The notes beneath the pieces are model-generated. The model saw nothing but the letters and a program-made list of their open reading frames with translations, did not search any database and was not told where the DNA came from. The position numbers and the translations under genes were made by a program. A DNA stretch of 64,000 bases from Candidatus Onthovivens sp. (GTDB lineage Bacteria > Bacillota_I > Bacilli_A > RFN20 > CAG-826): positions 64,281-128,280 of the forward strand of contig DAIODM010000001.1 in assembly GCA_036746835.1 (NCBI GenBank), read 5' to 3'. Positions 48,071 to 59,152 of this stretch are shown piece after piece. Within the stretch, counting starts at the first letter, position 1. The number at the start of each line of letters is the position of its first letter.

Positions 48071-48937
48071 ATGAATTTTAAATTAATAAAACCTTATGGT
48101 TTTTGTAAAGGCGTAATAAATAGTTTTGCTGTATCAGAAAAAGCATTAATAGAAAACCCAAAAGATAAAATTTATATTCTTGGCGACTTAATTCATAATG
48201 TAACTGAAAATGATAAATTACGCAAAAAAGGATATATTTTTATATCATACGAAGATTTACAAGATAAAAATATAATCGATATAGACGATATAAATTCAAC
48301 AATTATTTTATCAGCACACGGCACTAAAAAAGATACTTTTGAGATGTTAAAATCTTCAAAAATCAAAGTTTATGATGCAACTTGCCCTATCGTTAATAAA
48401 ATAAATGACTTCATAAAAAATCAAAAGAATGAAATTATTTATATTGGAGTAAAAAATCATACAGAACAAATTGCATCTTTTTCTTATGCATCATCACCAA
48501 TCTATCTTTATGATATTTATAATAACGATTTTGATTATTCAAAAATCGAAGGTGAAAATCCTGTCGTAATTAATCAATCTACCATACCTCTATCTATCGT
48601 TTTAGAAGCTTTTAATTCGATAAAAAAACACTTTAATAAGGCTCAATTAAAGACTTTTGAATGTCCTTTTGTGAATGAAAGAATTACTAATTTATTAAAT
48701 GAAATAAATGAAGATAATTTGGTTTTAATTTGTGGTAGCAAAACAAGTAATAATACTAAAATACTACTAGATATATGCCAAAAATATACTAATACAAATA
48801 ATTGTTATTTAATTAGCAATTTAAAAGATTTAAGTGAAATTAACTTTAAAAACAATAAAAAAATAGTAGTAGCTTCTGGAACTTCTACTACAAATTCCTT
48901 TGTAGAAGATGTTTGTTCATATATTGAAAAATTATAA
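48071..48937 (+). CDS. ispH: 4-hydroxy-3-methylbut-2-enyl diphosphate reductase (MEP pathway)
   Basis: N-terminal GFCKGV, an SAHG region, and a conserved Cys (ATCP). Confidence 0.85.
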   Translation: MNFKLIKPYGFCKGVINSFAVSEKALIENPKDKIYILGDLIHNVTENDKLRKKGYIFISYEDLQDKNIIDIDDINSTIILSAHGTKKDTFEMLKSSKIKVYDATCPIVNKINDFIKNQKNEIIYIGVKNHTEQIASFSYASSPIYLYDIYNNDFDYSKIEGENPVVINQSTIPLSIVLEAFNSIKKHFNKAQLKTFECPFVNERITNLLNEINEDNLVLICGSKTSNNTKILLDICQKYTNTNNCYLISNLKDLSEINFKNNKKIVVASGTSTTNSFVEDVCSYIEKL

Positions 48938-49588
48938 AACTTCTTTAATCATTTTAATCTTAGACTCAATCTCTTTTTTTCTTGTTGAATCACCACTAAT
49001 CTGATTTAATATTTGATTCATTTTAGACAATTCATCTTCCCATTTATTTTTAAATAACTGAGACTTATTTTTAATTAATTCTGGTCCAAAATAAAATTCA
49101 GATTCTGAATAATTCATAAATCCTTTAACAAATCTAATTAGTTCATAAAAAATATCATCTTCAAAAACCAATTCTTCTTTATCAATTTTATAGCCTAAAT
49201 TACAGAAAAACTTTCTAATTTCTTCTGTTTTTGTATGAGAATCAACAATAAAATAATCGATGCCATCAAGTTTTTCACGATTATTTAAGACAATTTTTTT
49301 AATATTATCTGCACCCATTCCTGCAATAACAACAACATTATAATCACTAGAAACTGAACTTAAACCATCACTCAAACTAGTTTCAATCACTTTTGATAAA
49401 TTGCGAGTTAAAACATTAGAGGATAAAGTTTTGTAAGGCCCACTCTTATTTTCGACACCCAAAAGTTTTCCTTTATGTCCATTATCAAAAAGTTGCATCA
49501 AAAGGTAGCCATGATCACTACCAATATCAGCAACATTTGAATTGTTTGGAACAAAACTTGCAATAGTTTTTAGTCGATTACTAATCAT
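48932..49588 (-). CDS. trmK: tRNA (adenine22-N1)-methyltransferase TrmK (YqfN)
   Basis: The SAM-binding DIGSDHGYL motif. It lies downstream of sigA, as in Bacillus. Confidence 0.8.
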   Translation of the reverse strand: MISNRLKTIASFVPNNSNVADIGSDHGYLLMQLFDNGHKGKLLGVENKSGPYKTLSSNVLTRNLSKVIETSLSDGLSSVSSDYNVVVIAGMGADNIKKIVLNNREKLDGIDYFIVDSHTKTEEIRKFFCNLGYKIDKEELVFEDDIFYELIRFVKGFMNYSESEFYFGPELIKNKSQLFKNKWEDELSKMNQILNQISGDSTRKKEIESKIKMIKEVL

Positions 49589-49593
49589 GAAAA

Positions 49594-50880
49594 CTAACCC
49601 TCATCGAGTTTCTTTTGTTTGCATGGATTCTTAAGTTTTCTAATTGCTTTAGCTTCAATTTGACGAATACGTTCACGAGTAACGCCAAACTCCTTACCAA
49701 CTTCTTCAAGAGTTCTTGGTCTATTATCATCGATACCATATCTAAGTCTTAAAACACGCTCTTCACGATCATTAAGACCGGTCATTACGTTACAAAGAAG
49801 CTCTTTAATCATCTCTCTTGAAGCATATTCTGTTGGTGAAACAGAATCTTTATCTTCAACGAAATCGCCTAAATGACTATCATCTTCTTCACCTATTGGC
49901 GATTCTAATGAAACAGGTTCAAGCGCAATACGTTGAATTTCACGAATTCTATCTGGTGACATTGCACCATCAAGTTTAGCGCTAATTTCTTCAGCGGTTG
50001 GTTCACGACCAATTTCTTGTACCAATTGTCTTTGAGCTCTTGTAATCTTATTAATTGTTTCAACCATATGTACTGGAATACGAATAGTTCTTGCTTGATC
50101 TGCAATCGCTCTTGTAATAGCTTGTCTAATCCACCAAGTTGCATATGTTGAAAACTTAAAACCTTTGGTGTAATCGAACTTATCTACTGCTTTCATTAAA
50201 CCAAGGTTGCCTTCTTCAATTAAATCAAGAAGTTGCATACCTCTACCAATATAGTGTTTCGCAATTGAAACAACTAAACGAAGGTTTGCACTAATTAATT
50301 GTTGTTTGGCTTTTTGATCTCCGGCAGCAATACGAACAGCAAGTTGTCTTTCTTCATCAGCTTTTAAAAGAGGAACTTGTCCAATATCTTTTAAGTATAA
50401 TTTGACTGAATCATTAACCTTAACATCGCCTGAATAATAATTGTAATTATCAAGATCAATAGCGGCTACTTCTTTTTCTGATTCATCAACAGGTGCATCT
50501 TCAATATCAATATCTTGATCATCTTCATCATCTTCCATCTCATTCAATTTAGATTCATCAAAATCTTCTTCAGTTTCTTGATCTGGTGAAGAAATATCAT
50601 ATCCATCCTTTTTAATTTCATCTAAAATTTGTTCATTATCATCTTCTGATAAATCAAATTTAGCGATGGCATCCATAAATTCATCAAGATCGATAGTTTT
50701 AGTATCGGAATTCTTTTTTTCAAATTCCTTGATAATTTGTTCGATGCTCTTTAATATTCCAGCATCTTCCTCTTCATCATCTCCATCAATTGATATATTT
50801 AGTTTATTTGCTTTTTTAACCTTTTTTGTCTCAACATCAGAGGCAACTTTTTCAGCTTCAACCTTTTTTGTTCTTCCCAT
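49594..50880 (-). CDS. sigA: Primary RNA polymerase sigma factor SigA/RpoD
   Basis: Regions 1.2-4.2 are all recognisable ([58 protein letters not shown]). I chose the start MGRTKK at 50880, one nt after the dnaG stop. The ORF-track start at 50901 is the alternative. Confidence 0.95.
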   Translation of the reverse strand: MGRTKKVEAEKVASDVETKKVKKANKLNISIDGDDEEEDAGILKSIEQIIKEFEKKNSDTKTIDLDEFMDAIAKFDLSEDDNEQILDEIKKDGYDISSPDQETEEDFDESKLNEMEDDEDDQDIDIEDAPVDESEKEVAAIDLDNYNYYSGDVKVNDSVKLYLKDIGQVPLLKADEERQLAVRIAAGDQKAKQQLISANLRLVVSIAKHYIGRGMQLLDLIEEGNLGLMKAVDKFDYTKGFKFSTYATWWIRQAITRAIADQARTIRIPVHMVETINKITRAQRQLVQEIGREPTAEEISAKLDGAMSPDRIREIQRIALEPVSLESPIGEEDDSHLGDFVEDKDSVSPTEYASREMIKELLCNVMTGLNDREERVLRLRYGIDDNRPRTLEEVGKEFGVTRERIRQIEAKAIRKLKNPCKQKKLDEG

Positions 50881-50881
50881 A

Positions 50882-52753
50882 TTACTTATTTCCTTTCTCA
50901 TTTTGAATAATAAGTTCTCTTCTTTTTTCTAACAAAGCTTTCGCTTGTTTGGCTTTTTCTTCTTCACTTTTTCCAAACGAACCTTCGTTATAAGCATCAT
51001 ATGAACGATGCCACTCTTTTTTCTCATTAATGACCTTGACACAATCATCAAACGATTCAATTGAATAAGGTGGCGTTCTATAATCATTCATAGAAATTGA
51101 AGTGATTTCATCGACAACTTTATCTTTTGATTTTTCATCGATTTCATCACCATAAGCACTAATATAATTTATAACGTCGCTCACATTATATGTTTCGCTT
51201 TTTTGAGTGGAAACATATTGCTCAATCAAATTAGCAATTTCTCTATAAGTATCATTAACCAAGTACCCTAATTTAGTGTCATATTGTTTGACTGCATCCT
51301 TATTTTCAAGCATGTATCTAACAATTTGTCGTTCACTTAACTCAAGTCTAGTTAAATCACGATCTTTCTTAGGAAACTTTAATACTTCAGTATCATCAAT
51401 AGCGCTATTATTTTCTTCATTTGGTTCTGCAATTTTATTTTTATAACTTTCAACTTGAGAAGATATAATAGCAAGTGAAAATCCTGTAAGACTTGATAAC
51501 TTTTGTGTATAAAATTCAATATCAACAGGATCAGTAATTTTAGCAAGGAATGGAATAAATTCACTCAGTAAAATTTTCTTATTTTTTAAATTTGATAAAT
51601 CTAATTTTTTACTATAGTAATTAAGAATGAAAACACCTTCACTTACTAAATTTGTTAAATAAGATTTTAATGCTTCTGGTCCACCATTTTTTAAGATTTC
51701 ATCACTATCTTTACCATTAACAATTTGTGAATTCGAAACTAATTGATATTTAATATCGCTTGTATCAAGAATTTTAGCAACTTTCATCATTGCATCTTGA
51801 CCAGGACCATCATTATCAAGACAAAGTCTGACTTCACAATTTAAAAACCTTAATAATCTAACATGGTCTTTTGTAAATGCTGTTCCCATTAAGGCAACAA
51901 CATTATGAATTCCAACTCTATCAACGGCTATTGCATCCATAAAGCCTTCAACAATATAAACAAATTTTGTCCTTCTAGCCTCATCTTTTGCATTATAGTA
52001 ATTGTACAAAATATTACTTTTATGGAAGACACCACCTTCAGTTTCTGGTGAGTTGATGTACTTTCCTTGAGTCTTATCTTGAACAATTTGCCTAGCACTG
52101 AAACCAACAGGTTGTCCTTCATCATTACAAATTGTAAAAATTACACGACCAGCATTGTTATCTTTGATTCTATCGCTATAAATTAAGCCAATACCTGTTT
52201 TTTCAATTGTTTTTAATGAATATCCATTTTGTAACAATTGATTTGGTAAGGCATCAGCATCTTTTAAAGCGTAACCAATTTTAAATCTATTAATAACATC
52301 ATCATCAAGGCCACGATCATTTAAATACTTTAAACCATTATTTCGGCCTTCTTCAGTTTGAAATAAGAATCCAGAATAATACTTTGAAATATCTGTTAAA
52401 CAACTGTAAACCTTTTTAGTATCATCACTAACTTCATTTTTAACTATGTTTCTATTAAGTCTTTCATCTTTGATACCAGCAATTTGAGCAACAACCTTTA
52501 CCGCATCAAAATATGAACAATTTTTATATTTTTTTACAAAACTAATAGCATTACCACTAGCTCCGCAAACAAAGCATTTAAAGATTTGTTTTTCTTTTGA
52601 AATACTTAATGAAGGGTTTGAATCATCATGAAAAGGACAAAGAGCAACATAGTTTCTGCCCTTTTTAGTTACTTTAATAAAACTAGAGATTATATCGACA
52701 ATATCTACTTGTTTTAATATTTCTTTTCCAATATCAATGATGTTATCACTCAT
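50882..52753 (-). CDS. dnaG: DNA primase
   Basis: Zinc finger [14 protein letters not shown]...CFVCG and a TOPRIM domain (VEGFMD, DNDGPG). Confidence 0.95.
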   Translation of the reverse strand: MSDNIIDIGKEILKQVDIVDIISSFIKVTKKGRNYVALCPFHDDSNPSLSISKEKQIFKCFVCGASGNAISFVKKYKNCSYFDAVKVVAQIAGIKDERLNRNIVKNEVSDDTKKVYSCLTDISKYYSGFLFQTEEGRNNGLKYLNDRGLDDDVINRFKIGYALKDADALPNQLLQNGYSLKTIEKTGIGLIYSDRIKDNNAGRVIFTICNDEGQPVGFSARQIVQDKTQGKYINSPETEGGVFHKSNILYNYYNAKDEARRTKFVYIVEGFMDAIAVDRVGIHNVVALMGTAFTKDHVRLLRFLNCEVRLCLDNDGPGQDAMMKVAKILDTSDIKYQLVSNSQIVNGKDSDEILKNGGPEALKSYLTNLVSEGVFILNYYSKKLDLSNLKNKKILLSEFIPFLAKITDPVDIEFYTQKLSSLTGFSLAIISSQVESYKNKIAEPNEENNSAIDDTEVLKFPKKDRDLTRLELSERQIVRYMLENKDAVKQYDTKLGYLVNDTYREIANLIEQYVSTQKSETYNVSDVINYISAYGDEIDEKSKDKVVDEITSISMNDYRTPPYSIESFDDCVKVINEKKEWHRSYDAYNEGSFGKSEEEKAKQAKALLEKRRELIIQNEKGNK

Positions 52754-54132
52754 TATTTATAAAAACATTTCTCCATTAAATAGTCTTTTAATTTACTAAT
52801 CTCAATTCTTTCTTGTTTCATTGAATCTCTGTCACGAACAGTAACGCAATTATCTTTATCAGAATCAAAATCATAAGTTACGCAATAAGGTGTTCCGATT
52901 TCATCATTTCTTCTATATCTTTTTCCAATAGAACCAGTAACATCCATAGTTACATTAATATATGGAATAAGAGATTTAAAAATTGATTCAGCCTTATCAT
53001 TTAATTGTTTAGATAATGGTAAAATTGCAGCTTTATATGGAGCTAAGAAAGGAGCTAAATGCATAACCTTTCTAACTTCACCATTCTCTAAGGTTTCTTC
53101 ATCATAAGCATCGCTAACTACCATTAAGAATAAACGATCAAGACCTAATGAAGGTTCGATACAATATGGAATGTATTTTTCATTAGTATCAGGATCAAGA
53201 TAAGATAAATCTTGTTTACTAAATTCTTGATGACGTTTTAAATCATAATCGGTACGATCAGCAATTCCCCAAATTTCACCCCATCCAAATGGGAATAAGT
53301 ATTCAATATCAGTTGTTCCTTTTGAATAGAAAGCAAGCTCTGCAGGCTCATGATCTCTAAATCTTAAGTGATCTTCTTTAACACCTAATGATTTAACAAA
53401 ATTAATCGAGAACTCTTTCCAATATTTAAACCATTCTAAATCAGTTCCTGGTTTACAGAAGAATTCAAGTTCCATTTGTTCAAATTCTCTAGTTCTAAAA
53501 GTGAAGTTCCCTGGAGTAATTTCGTTTCTAAAAGATTTACCAGCATTACAAATACCTAAAGGTAATTTATGTCTGGTTGCTCTTTGTACATTTTTAAAAT
53601 TAACAAAGACTCCTTGGGCGGTTTCTGGACGTAAGTAAACTTCGCTACTACTATCTTCGGTAACTCCAATATGAGTCTTAAACATCATATTAAATTGACG
53701 AATATCGGTGAAATTAGATTTGCCACAAGTTGGACATTTAACTTTATGTTCTTTGATAAAGTTATTCATATCCTCTTGAGTCATTCCATTAACATCAACA
53801 TCAGGAAATTGTTGTTCAATAATTTGATCAGCTCTAAATCTTCCATGACACTCTTTGCAATCAATTAAAGGATCGTTAAAAGTTGTCACGTGTCCAGTAG
53901 CTTTCCAAACATTTGGATTCATTAAAATTGCAGCATCAATTCCAACATTTGTTGGTGATTCATGAACAAATTTCTTCCACCATAATTCTTTTAAATTGTT
54001 CTTCAATTCGCTTCCTAAAGGACCATAATCCCAAGTATTACTAAGTCCACCATAAATTTGTGAACCTTGAAAAACAAATCCAGCGCTTTGTAAGTGTGTA
54101 ACAATAGTATCGAATTCTATTTTCTTTTCCAT
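52753..54132 (-). CDS. glyQS: Glycyl-tRNA synthetase, alpha2 (single-chain) type
   Basis: Class II motifs ([25 protein letters not shown]) and an anticodon-binding C-terminus. I moved the start to MEKKIEF at 54132, which has GGAG 6 nt upstream. Confidence 0.95.
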   Translation of the reverse strand: MEKKIEFDTIVTHLQSAGFVFQGSQIYGGLSNTWDYGPLGSELKNNLKELWWKKFVHESPTNVGIDAAILMNPNVWKATGHVTTFNDPLIDCKECHGRFRADQIIEQQFPDVDVNGMTQEDMNNFIKEHKVKCPTCGKSNFTDIRQFNMMFKTHIGVTEDSSSEVYLRPETAQGVFVNFKNVQRATRHKLPLGICNAGKSFRNEITPGNFTFRTREFEQMELEFFCKPGTDLEWFKYWKEFSINFVKSLGVKEDHLRFRDHEPAELAFYSKGTTDIEYLFPFGWGEIWGIADRTDYDLKRHQEFSKQDLSYLDPDTNEKYIPYCIEPSLGLDRLFLMVVSDAYDEETLENGEVRKVMHLAPFLAPYKAAILPLSKQLNDKAESIFKSLIPYINVTMDVTGSIGKRYRRNDEIGTPYCVTYDFDSDKDNCVTVRDRDSMKQERIEISKLKDYLMEKCFYK

Positions 54133-54201
54133 ATAATTCTCCGTTTCGACCATACAATAATATACTATAAATTAACGAAGTCAACCTACTATGAGTGTAG
54201 T

Positions 54202-54924
54202 TTATAAACTTTCGATTAATTTCATTGTTTTTAGTTCAAAATCAAAATTATGAATCAATAAATAATAAAGATTACTTATAAAATATAAAAAATCATCCTT
54301 CGTTAATTTTATATCGACCACATCGCAAATTTCTTTATTAAATAAGCTATCATAAACTTTAAATTGGGCATTAGATAATGGTTTTGTACCTATTGTTACA
54401 TGTTGTTTACAAACAAGTCCACCTTCATCTAAATCAATGCCAATAATGTTGTTTTTTTCGCCACAATTAACACATCCTGTCAAGTATAAGGTAGTTCCAT
54501 TAATTTTTAAAAGTTGTGCGATATAATAGCAAACTAAAATATATTTATTAGTAGACTTTTTATAAAACTTTAAAAAATTGAGCAAATTATCGAAATATCC
54601 AGTTAAATCAGGGTTATCCACCATCATTTTAAAAGAAATTTCACTAATTAATTGCGAAAATATAAGGTCTTCATACCCAGAAAAGCTTCCATCAAACATT
54701 TCTATAATGTTGCAATCCTTTAGCTTATAACCACCTACTGGTCCTTTATAAACTTCAAATTGCCCATATAAAAAAGGATGTAAAAACTTATTTGTTTTGC
54801 TGCTTGGCTTATAAGATCCTCTTCCATCAACTGTCATCAAACCATTTTTAGTTAAAACGCCAATAACAGCATCATCATTTTTATAATGAGATAAAGTAAC
54901 TATAATTCCTTCAAATAATTCCAT
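54202..54924 (-). CDS. recO: DNA repair protein RecO
   Basis: OB-fold N-terminus and the zinc motif CVNCGE...CKQH. The position between era and glyQS is conserved. Confidence 0.75.
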   Translation of the reverse strand: MELFEGIIVTLSHYKNDDAVIGVLTKNGLMTVDGRGSYKPSSKTNKFLHPFLYGQFEVYKGPVGGYKLKDCNIIEMFDGSFSGYEDLIFSQLISEISFKMMVDNPDLTGYFDNLLNFLKFYKKSTNKYILVCYYIAQLLKINGTTLYLTGCVNCGEKNNIIGIDLDEGGLVCKQHVTIGTKPLSNAQFKVYDSLFNKEICDVVDIKLTKDDFLYFISNLYYLLIHNFDFELKTMKLIESL

Positions 54925-55799
54925 TATTCTTTAAAACCTAAATCTACTAGATATTTACTAGAATTACGCCAATCTTCTACTACTCTTACAACAATATCAA
55001 GAACAACATGCTTTTTAGTTTGCTTTTCTAAGTCTTCTCTAGCTGTACTTCCAATCTTCTTAATCATACGGCCTTTGCTACCAATAATAATCCCTTTTTG
55101 AGATTCTTTTTCACAAATTATTTTGCATGTAGCATCAAGTTCCCTACCATTGCTTTTAACTTCTTCACAAACGACAGCAATCCCATGTGGAACTTCTTCG
55201 GATAAAAACTTTAAACATTTTTCTCTAATGATTTCTTGTATTTGAAACTTAATATCTTTATCAGTTAAAACATTAACATCATAATATTGAGGTCCTTCTG
55301 ATAATTTTGATTTTATAATCTTAATTAAACCATCAATATTAAAAGGTTCAATTGCTGAAACTTCGATGTAATCAACATTTTTAAACTGTTCACTATATTT
55401 TTCTTTCAATTTTGTAATTAATTCAATGTTAGTTAAATCTATTTTGTTAAAACAAATTAAAAGAGGAACATCAAATTTTAAGTGATCAAATAAATATTGA
55501 TCTCCATCATCAAATGGTTTAGAAGCATCAACAATAAAAACAGCGAGATCACAATCTCTAATTGAAGAATATGCTCGTTTATCCATTTCAACCCCTAAAT
55601 CAGAATGTGGTTTATGAATACCTGGAGTATCAATAAAAACAATTTGTGAGTCTGCATCGTTATAAATTCCTTGAATATTATCACGAGTAGTTTGACTTTT
55701 CGCAGTTACAATAGATATTTTATTTCCAACAATAGCATTTAATATTGTTGATTTTCCGACATTTGGTCGACCAATAAGTGATACAAAACCAGATTTCAT
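54924..55799 (-). CDS. era: GTPase Era
   Basis: GRPNVGKST, DTPG and NKID motifs, plus a C-terminal KH domain (IIIGSKGRMIKKIG). Confidence 0.95.
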   Translation of the reverse strand: MKSGFVSLIGRPNVGKSTILNAIVGNKISIVTAKSQTTRDNIQGIYNDADSQIVFIDTPGIHKPHSDLGVEMDKRAYSSIRDCDLAVFIVDASKPFDDGDQYLFDHLKFDVPLLICFNKIDLTNIELITKLKEKYSEQFKNVDYIEVSAIEPFNIDGLIKIIKSKLSEGPQYYDVNVLTDKDIKFQIQEIIREKCLKFLSEEVPHGIAVVCEEVKSNGRELDATCKIICEKESQKGIIIGSKGRMIKKIGSTAREDLEKQTKKHVVLDIVVRVVEDWRNSSKYLVDLGFKE

Positions 55800-56200
55800 T
55801 ATTCCATATCCTCTTCTTCGAAACCATATGGTAACAATTCATCTATATTAGTTTCTTTGATGTCACCCATTAAATTTGCAAGATAAATAGGCTTATTTTT
55901 AGGGAATAATTCACTCAAAACTTGTCTACATTGTCCACAAGGTGAAACTGGACGAGGACAGTCAGCAACAATAGCTAAAGCTTCAATATCATCTTGAGTA
56001 ACACCATGCATATAGGCATTATAAATGGCGTTTCTCTCACCACACATGCAACAACCATAAGCAGCATTTTCAATATTTGCACCTAAATAAACATCACCAC
56101 TCTTAGTCAAAAGAGCAGCACCAACTCGGAACTTTGAGTAAGGTGAATAAGATAAATCCATAGCCTCAATTGCCTTATTGATTAATTCGTCCTTATCCAT
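55799..56200 (-). CDS. cdd: Cytidine deaminase
   Basis: Zinc motifs CGERNA and PCGQCRQ. Confidence 0.92.
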   Translation of the reverse strand: MDKDELINKAIEAMDLSYSPYSKFRVGAALLTKSGDVYLGANIENAAYGCCMCGERNAIYNAYMHGVTQDDIEALAIVADCPRPVSPCGQCRQVLSELFPKNKPIYLANLMGDIKETNIDELLPYGFEEEDME

Positions 56201-56202
56201 AA

Positions 56203-56661
56203 TTATTTCCTTTCTAGAATTTTATCTTGAAGAGGAAACATAATGTCCTCTTCTTCTTTTGTCATATGATTATAACCGAATAAATGCAATAATCCATGAA
56301 CAAACAAGAAAGAAAGTTCACGGTTTATTGTGTTGCCATAAGACTTAGCATTTGTAGCGGCAACATCATAACAAATGTAAATTTCACCAAGATCTACTGG
56401 CACATCACCTTTTATCACTTCTTTTGCATCATCTAAAAAAGCAAATGAAATAACATCGGTTGGACGGTCGATATTTCTAAAGTCCTTATTTAATTGATGA
56501 ATCTTATCAATATCAACAAAAGTAACACTACAAATATAATTATCGTCTTTCTTCAATTCTAAAAGAGTGTTTTTAAAAATCTTTAAATAAGTTTCATAAA
56601 AATCATCTAATGATTCTTTAGTTTCATTTGAAAAATCTAATTCCATGTCAAAATTATACAT
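56203..56661 (-). CDS. ybeY: rRNA maturation endoribonuclease YbeY
   Basis: Metal-binding motif HGLLHLFGYNH. Confidence 0.92.
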   Translation of the reverse strand: MYNFDMELDFSNETKESLDDFYETYLKIFKNTLLELKKDDNYICSVTFVDIDKIHQLNKDFRNIDRPTDVISFAFLDDAKEVIKGDVPVDLGEIYICYDVAATNAKSYGNTINRELSFLFVHGLLHLFGYNHMTKEEEDIMFPLQDKILERK

Positions 56662-57860
56662 TAATATTTGTTGAAATAATATAGGTATAATGCCTTATAA
56701 TACTTGAAATCTTCATTGTTTTTACTAAAATTAATAATCTTTTCAAAGTCATCATTAATATAAAGATAGAAGAAGAAATGAAATAGCATAAAATTAACAG
56801 AATAGTTATTTGAAAGTCCACAATACAATAACGACATTGCAATTACTAAGAAAATCATCAAATATTTTTTAAAATTACAAAAAGATACAAATCTATAAGT
56901 TTCATTATTTAATTCTTCAATTTTACTTAAAAAAGTCTTATTTGAAGTTCTTGAAAGAGAATCTAGATCGTTTTCAATGACATTGATTTTATTATGGCGA
57001 TATTCCATTTGATAATTTTCAAAGAATTTAAATAAAAGCTGAAAAAGAAAGATTGTAGCAACAGAAATAAGATTATATAAGCTATTCATACCCAAAACAA
57101 TAATTCCAAGCAGGCACATCAAAACAAGAGAAAATAATTGAATTGGATTAGATATTGCCAAGACCTTAAATTGCGTCATATTTGCATAACGAGATTTAAA
57201 ATCTTGTCGATTAAGAGCAAACTCACCTACCATCGTATGTTTATCAAAATATTTCATTGATTGAATGAGCATCTTTCTATATATAAACTCAAAAATAATG
57301 TAACTAATAAATAAACCTAAAGATATATAAAAAGGTATTGTTCCATCAATAAAATAAAGAGCTACTATCAAAGAAGAAAAACTCATAAATTCAAAAATCA
57401 TTGTAAGAACTGTAAAAAACTTTGGTATAATCCTCATTTTTCTCAAAGAAAATGAGCTTCCTTCAACATTTAAAACTTCTAAATATTCTCCATCCCATAT
57501 ATCAATAAGTTTTTTATTTGATATATATCTTATTCCAGCCACTGGATCATACAATAATGATTTTTTTCTCATCATTTTCTTTACCATTACCATATGAAAT
57601 TTATCATTTTCTTTAATAGGTATTAATATTAATTTCTTCTTTTCTTTAAAAAACATTCCTTTATTAATTGCTCGAAATGCCCCTAAAGATACACCTTCTT
57701 TTTTCGCATAACTCATTAAATCCCTTAATGAGGTACTTGTTGAAATAGAAGGCTCAGGATAATATAAAAAATCATTTCTTTTATAAATATGAGCCATCAG
57801 CATCTTTACAGATGTATAACCACAGTCTTTGTCGCCTAATTGATGAATATAATATTGCAT
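56661..57860 (-). CDS. C39 cysteine peptidase domain fused to a 6-TM ABC-exporter-like membrane domain, with no nucleotide-binding domain
   Basis: N-terminal HQLGDKDCGYTSVKML with Gln7, Cys13, His89 and Asp105. The His-Asp spacing of 16 matches what I recall for ComA-type C39 domains. Six hydrophobic helices with long cytoplasmic loops follow. There is no Walker A or signature motif. The TAA stop shares its last A with the ybeY ATG (TAATG). RBS GGAGGAA. Confidence 0.7.
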   Translation of the reverse strand: MQYYIHQLGDKDCGYTSVKMLMAHIYKRNDFLYYPEPSISTSTSLRDLMSYAKKEGVSLGAFRAINKGMFFKEKKKLILIPIKENDKFHMVMVKKMMRKKSLLYDPVAGIRYISNKKLIDIWDGEYLEVLNVEGSSFSLRKMRIIPKFFTVLTMIFEFMSFSSLIVALYFIDGTIPFYISLGLFISYIIFEFIYRKMLIQSMKYFDKHTMVGEFALNRQDFKSRYANMTQFKVLAISNPIQLFSLVLMCLLGIIVLGMNSLYNLISVATIFLFQLLFKFFENYQMEYRHNKINVIENDLDSLSRTSNKTFLSKIEELNNETYRFVSFCNFKKYLMIFLVIAMSLLYCGLSNNYSVNFMLFHFFFYLYINDDFEKIINFSKNNEDFKYYKALYLYYFNKY

Positions 57861-57910
57861 AATTCCTCCGTTACTAATAAATCGTATGGAATTAAGGAAT
57901 ATTTAAAAAA

Positions 57911-57939
57911 ATAAAAAAACTGACCATTTCTGATCAGTT
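57911..57939 (-). terminator. Candidate rho-independent terminator after rpsU
   Basis: On the minus strand: aactga, a 10-nt loop, tcagtt, then a 7-T run. The stem is short. Confidence 0.4.
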
Positions 57940-57958
57940 ATTTTAAGTTTTATAGATA

Positions 57959-58132
57959 TTATCTATACTTTCTACGAGCATTTTCGCTCTTAACTTTACG
58001 AGCTAAATTCTTTTTAAGATAGAATTCTCTTTTACGGCACTCTTGGATTGTTCCGGCTTTATTAACATTACGCTTAAATCTACGAAGAGCTTCATCTAAA
58101 GTTTCTCCATCTCTAACTTGTACTTTTAACAT
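57959..58132 (-). CDS. rpsU: 30S ribosomal protein S21 (not in the supplied ORF track, 57 aa)
   Basis: My translation is [68 protein letters not shown]. Confidence 0.92.
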   Translation of the reverse strand: MLKVQVRDGETLDEALRRFKRNVNKAGTIQECRKREFYLKKNLARKVKSENARRKYR

Positions 58133-58192
58133 AATTTCACCCCCAATCCGTTCGATAGTTAATATACTCTATTTTAATATGAAAATAAAGAA

Positions 58193-58831
58193 CTATTTTA
58201 TTAAATTCTTGCCATGGGAAGCGCCAATTCTATTTGCACCAGCATCCACCATCGCTTTTAATTCTTCTGGTGTTCTAATTCCACCGGCAGCTTTTACGCC
58301 CATTTCAGGACCAACAGTTTTTCTCATTAAAGTAACATCTTTAACTGTGGCTCCGCCTGTTGAAAATCCAGTAGAAGTCTTAACAAAATCAGCACCAGCA
58401 GCTTTTGAAAGTTTGCAAGCACGAACAATTTCTTCCTCATTAAGTAAGCAACACTCAAAAATAACCTTTAAAATATGCTTACCAACTGCCTTTTTAATAC
58501 TTCTAATTTCGTTTTCAACATATTGATCTTGATGATCTTTTAATTTTGAAATATTAATGACCATATCAACTTCATCAGCACCTTTTTTAACAGCATCTTT
58601 AGCTTCAAAGACTTTTGAATCTGTGGTCATTGCTCCTAATGGAAAGCCAATAACGGTGCAAACTTTAACACTTGAACCATTAAGTTCCTTTTTGCATAAT
58701 TCTATATAGTCAGGATTGATACAAACACTTGCAGAGCCGATTTCTTTAGCTTCACTACATAAAGCAATAATATCAGCTTCTTTAGCATCAGCATGTAAAT
58801 TAGTATCATCAATTAAATTAGCATAATTCAT
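58193..58831 (-). CDS. deoC: Deoxyribose-phosphate aldolase
   Basis: The Schiff-base Lys context [10 protein letters not shown] moved the start to MNYANLID at 58831, which has AAAGGAGA upstream. Confidence 0.9.
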   Translation of the reverse strand: MNYANLIDDTNLHADAKEADIIALCSEAKEIGSASVCINPDYIELCKKELNGSSVKVCTVIGFPLGAMTTDSKVFEAKDAVKKGADEVDMVINISKLKDHQDQYVENEIRSIKKAVGKHILKVIFECCLLNEEEIVRACKLSKAAGADFVKTSTGFSTGGATVKDVTLMRKTVGPEMGVKAAGGIRTPEELKAMVDAGANRIGASHGKNLIK

Positions 58832-58872
58832 AAATATCTCCTTTATGGTAAAAAAATAAGGCAAAAAATGCC

Positions 58873-59067
58873 TTACTTTGATTTCTTTGCAGACTTAACG
58901 GCTAAAACTTGTTTGCCATCATAATAACCACATTTTGGGCAAACGGTATGAGCCTTAATCATTGCACCACAATTTGGACAAGTTGTAACTCCAGTAACTT
59001 CGAGTTTGTAATGAGTTCTTCTCATCCTTTTGGTTGTTTTACTAGTTCTTCTGAATGGGACTGCCAT
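58873..59067 (-). CDS. rpmF: 50S ribosomal protein L32
   Basis: [19 protein letters not shown] with the zinc ribbon CPNCG...CPKCG. Confidence 0.92.
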   Translation of the reverse strand: MAVPFRRTSKTTKRMRRTHYKLEVTGVTTCPNCGAMIKAHTVCPKCGYYDGKQVLAVKSAKKSK

Positions 59068-59152
59068 AATTAAAATTCTCCTTTAAGCATTGATATTATA
59101 TATTAATTTATTTGTCTTTAAAATACTTTTTGATATAATACAAAAAATTACA

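Noticed and set aside
58179-58526. A 115-aa ORF on the + strand overlapping deoC.
   Set aside because: It is antisense to a confidently identified deoC. Its P/A/V-rich product mirrors the G/A-rich aldolase barrel codons. It has no RBS or promoter.
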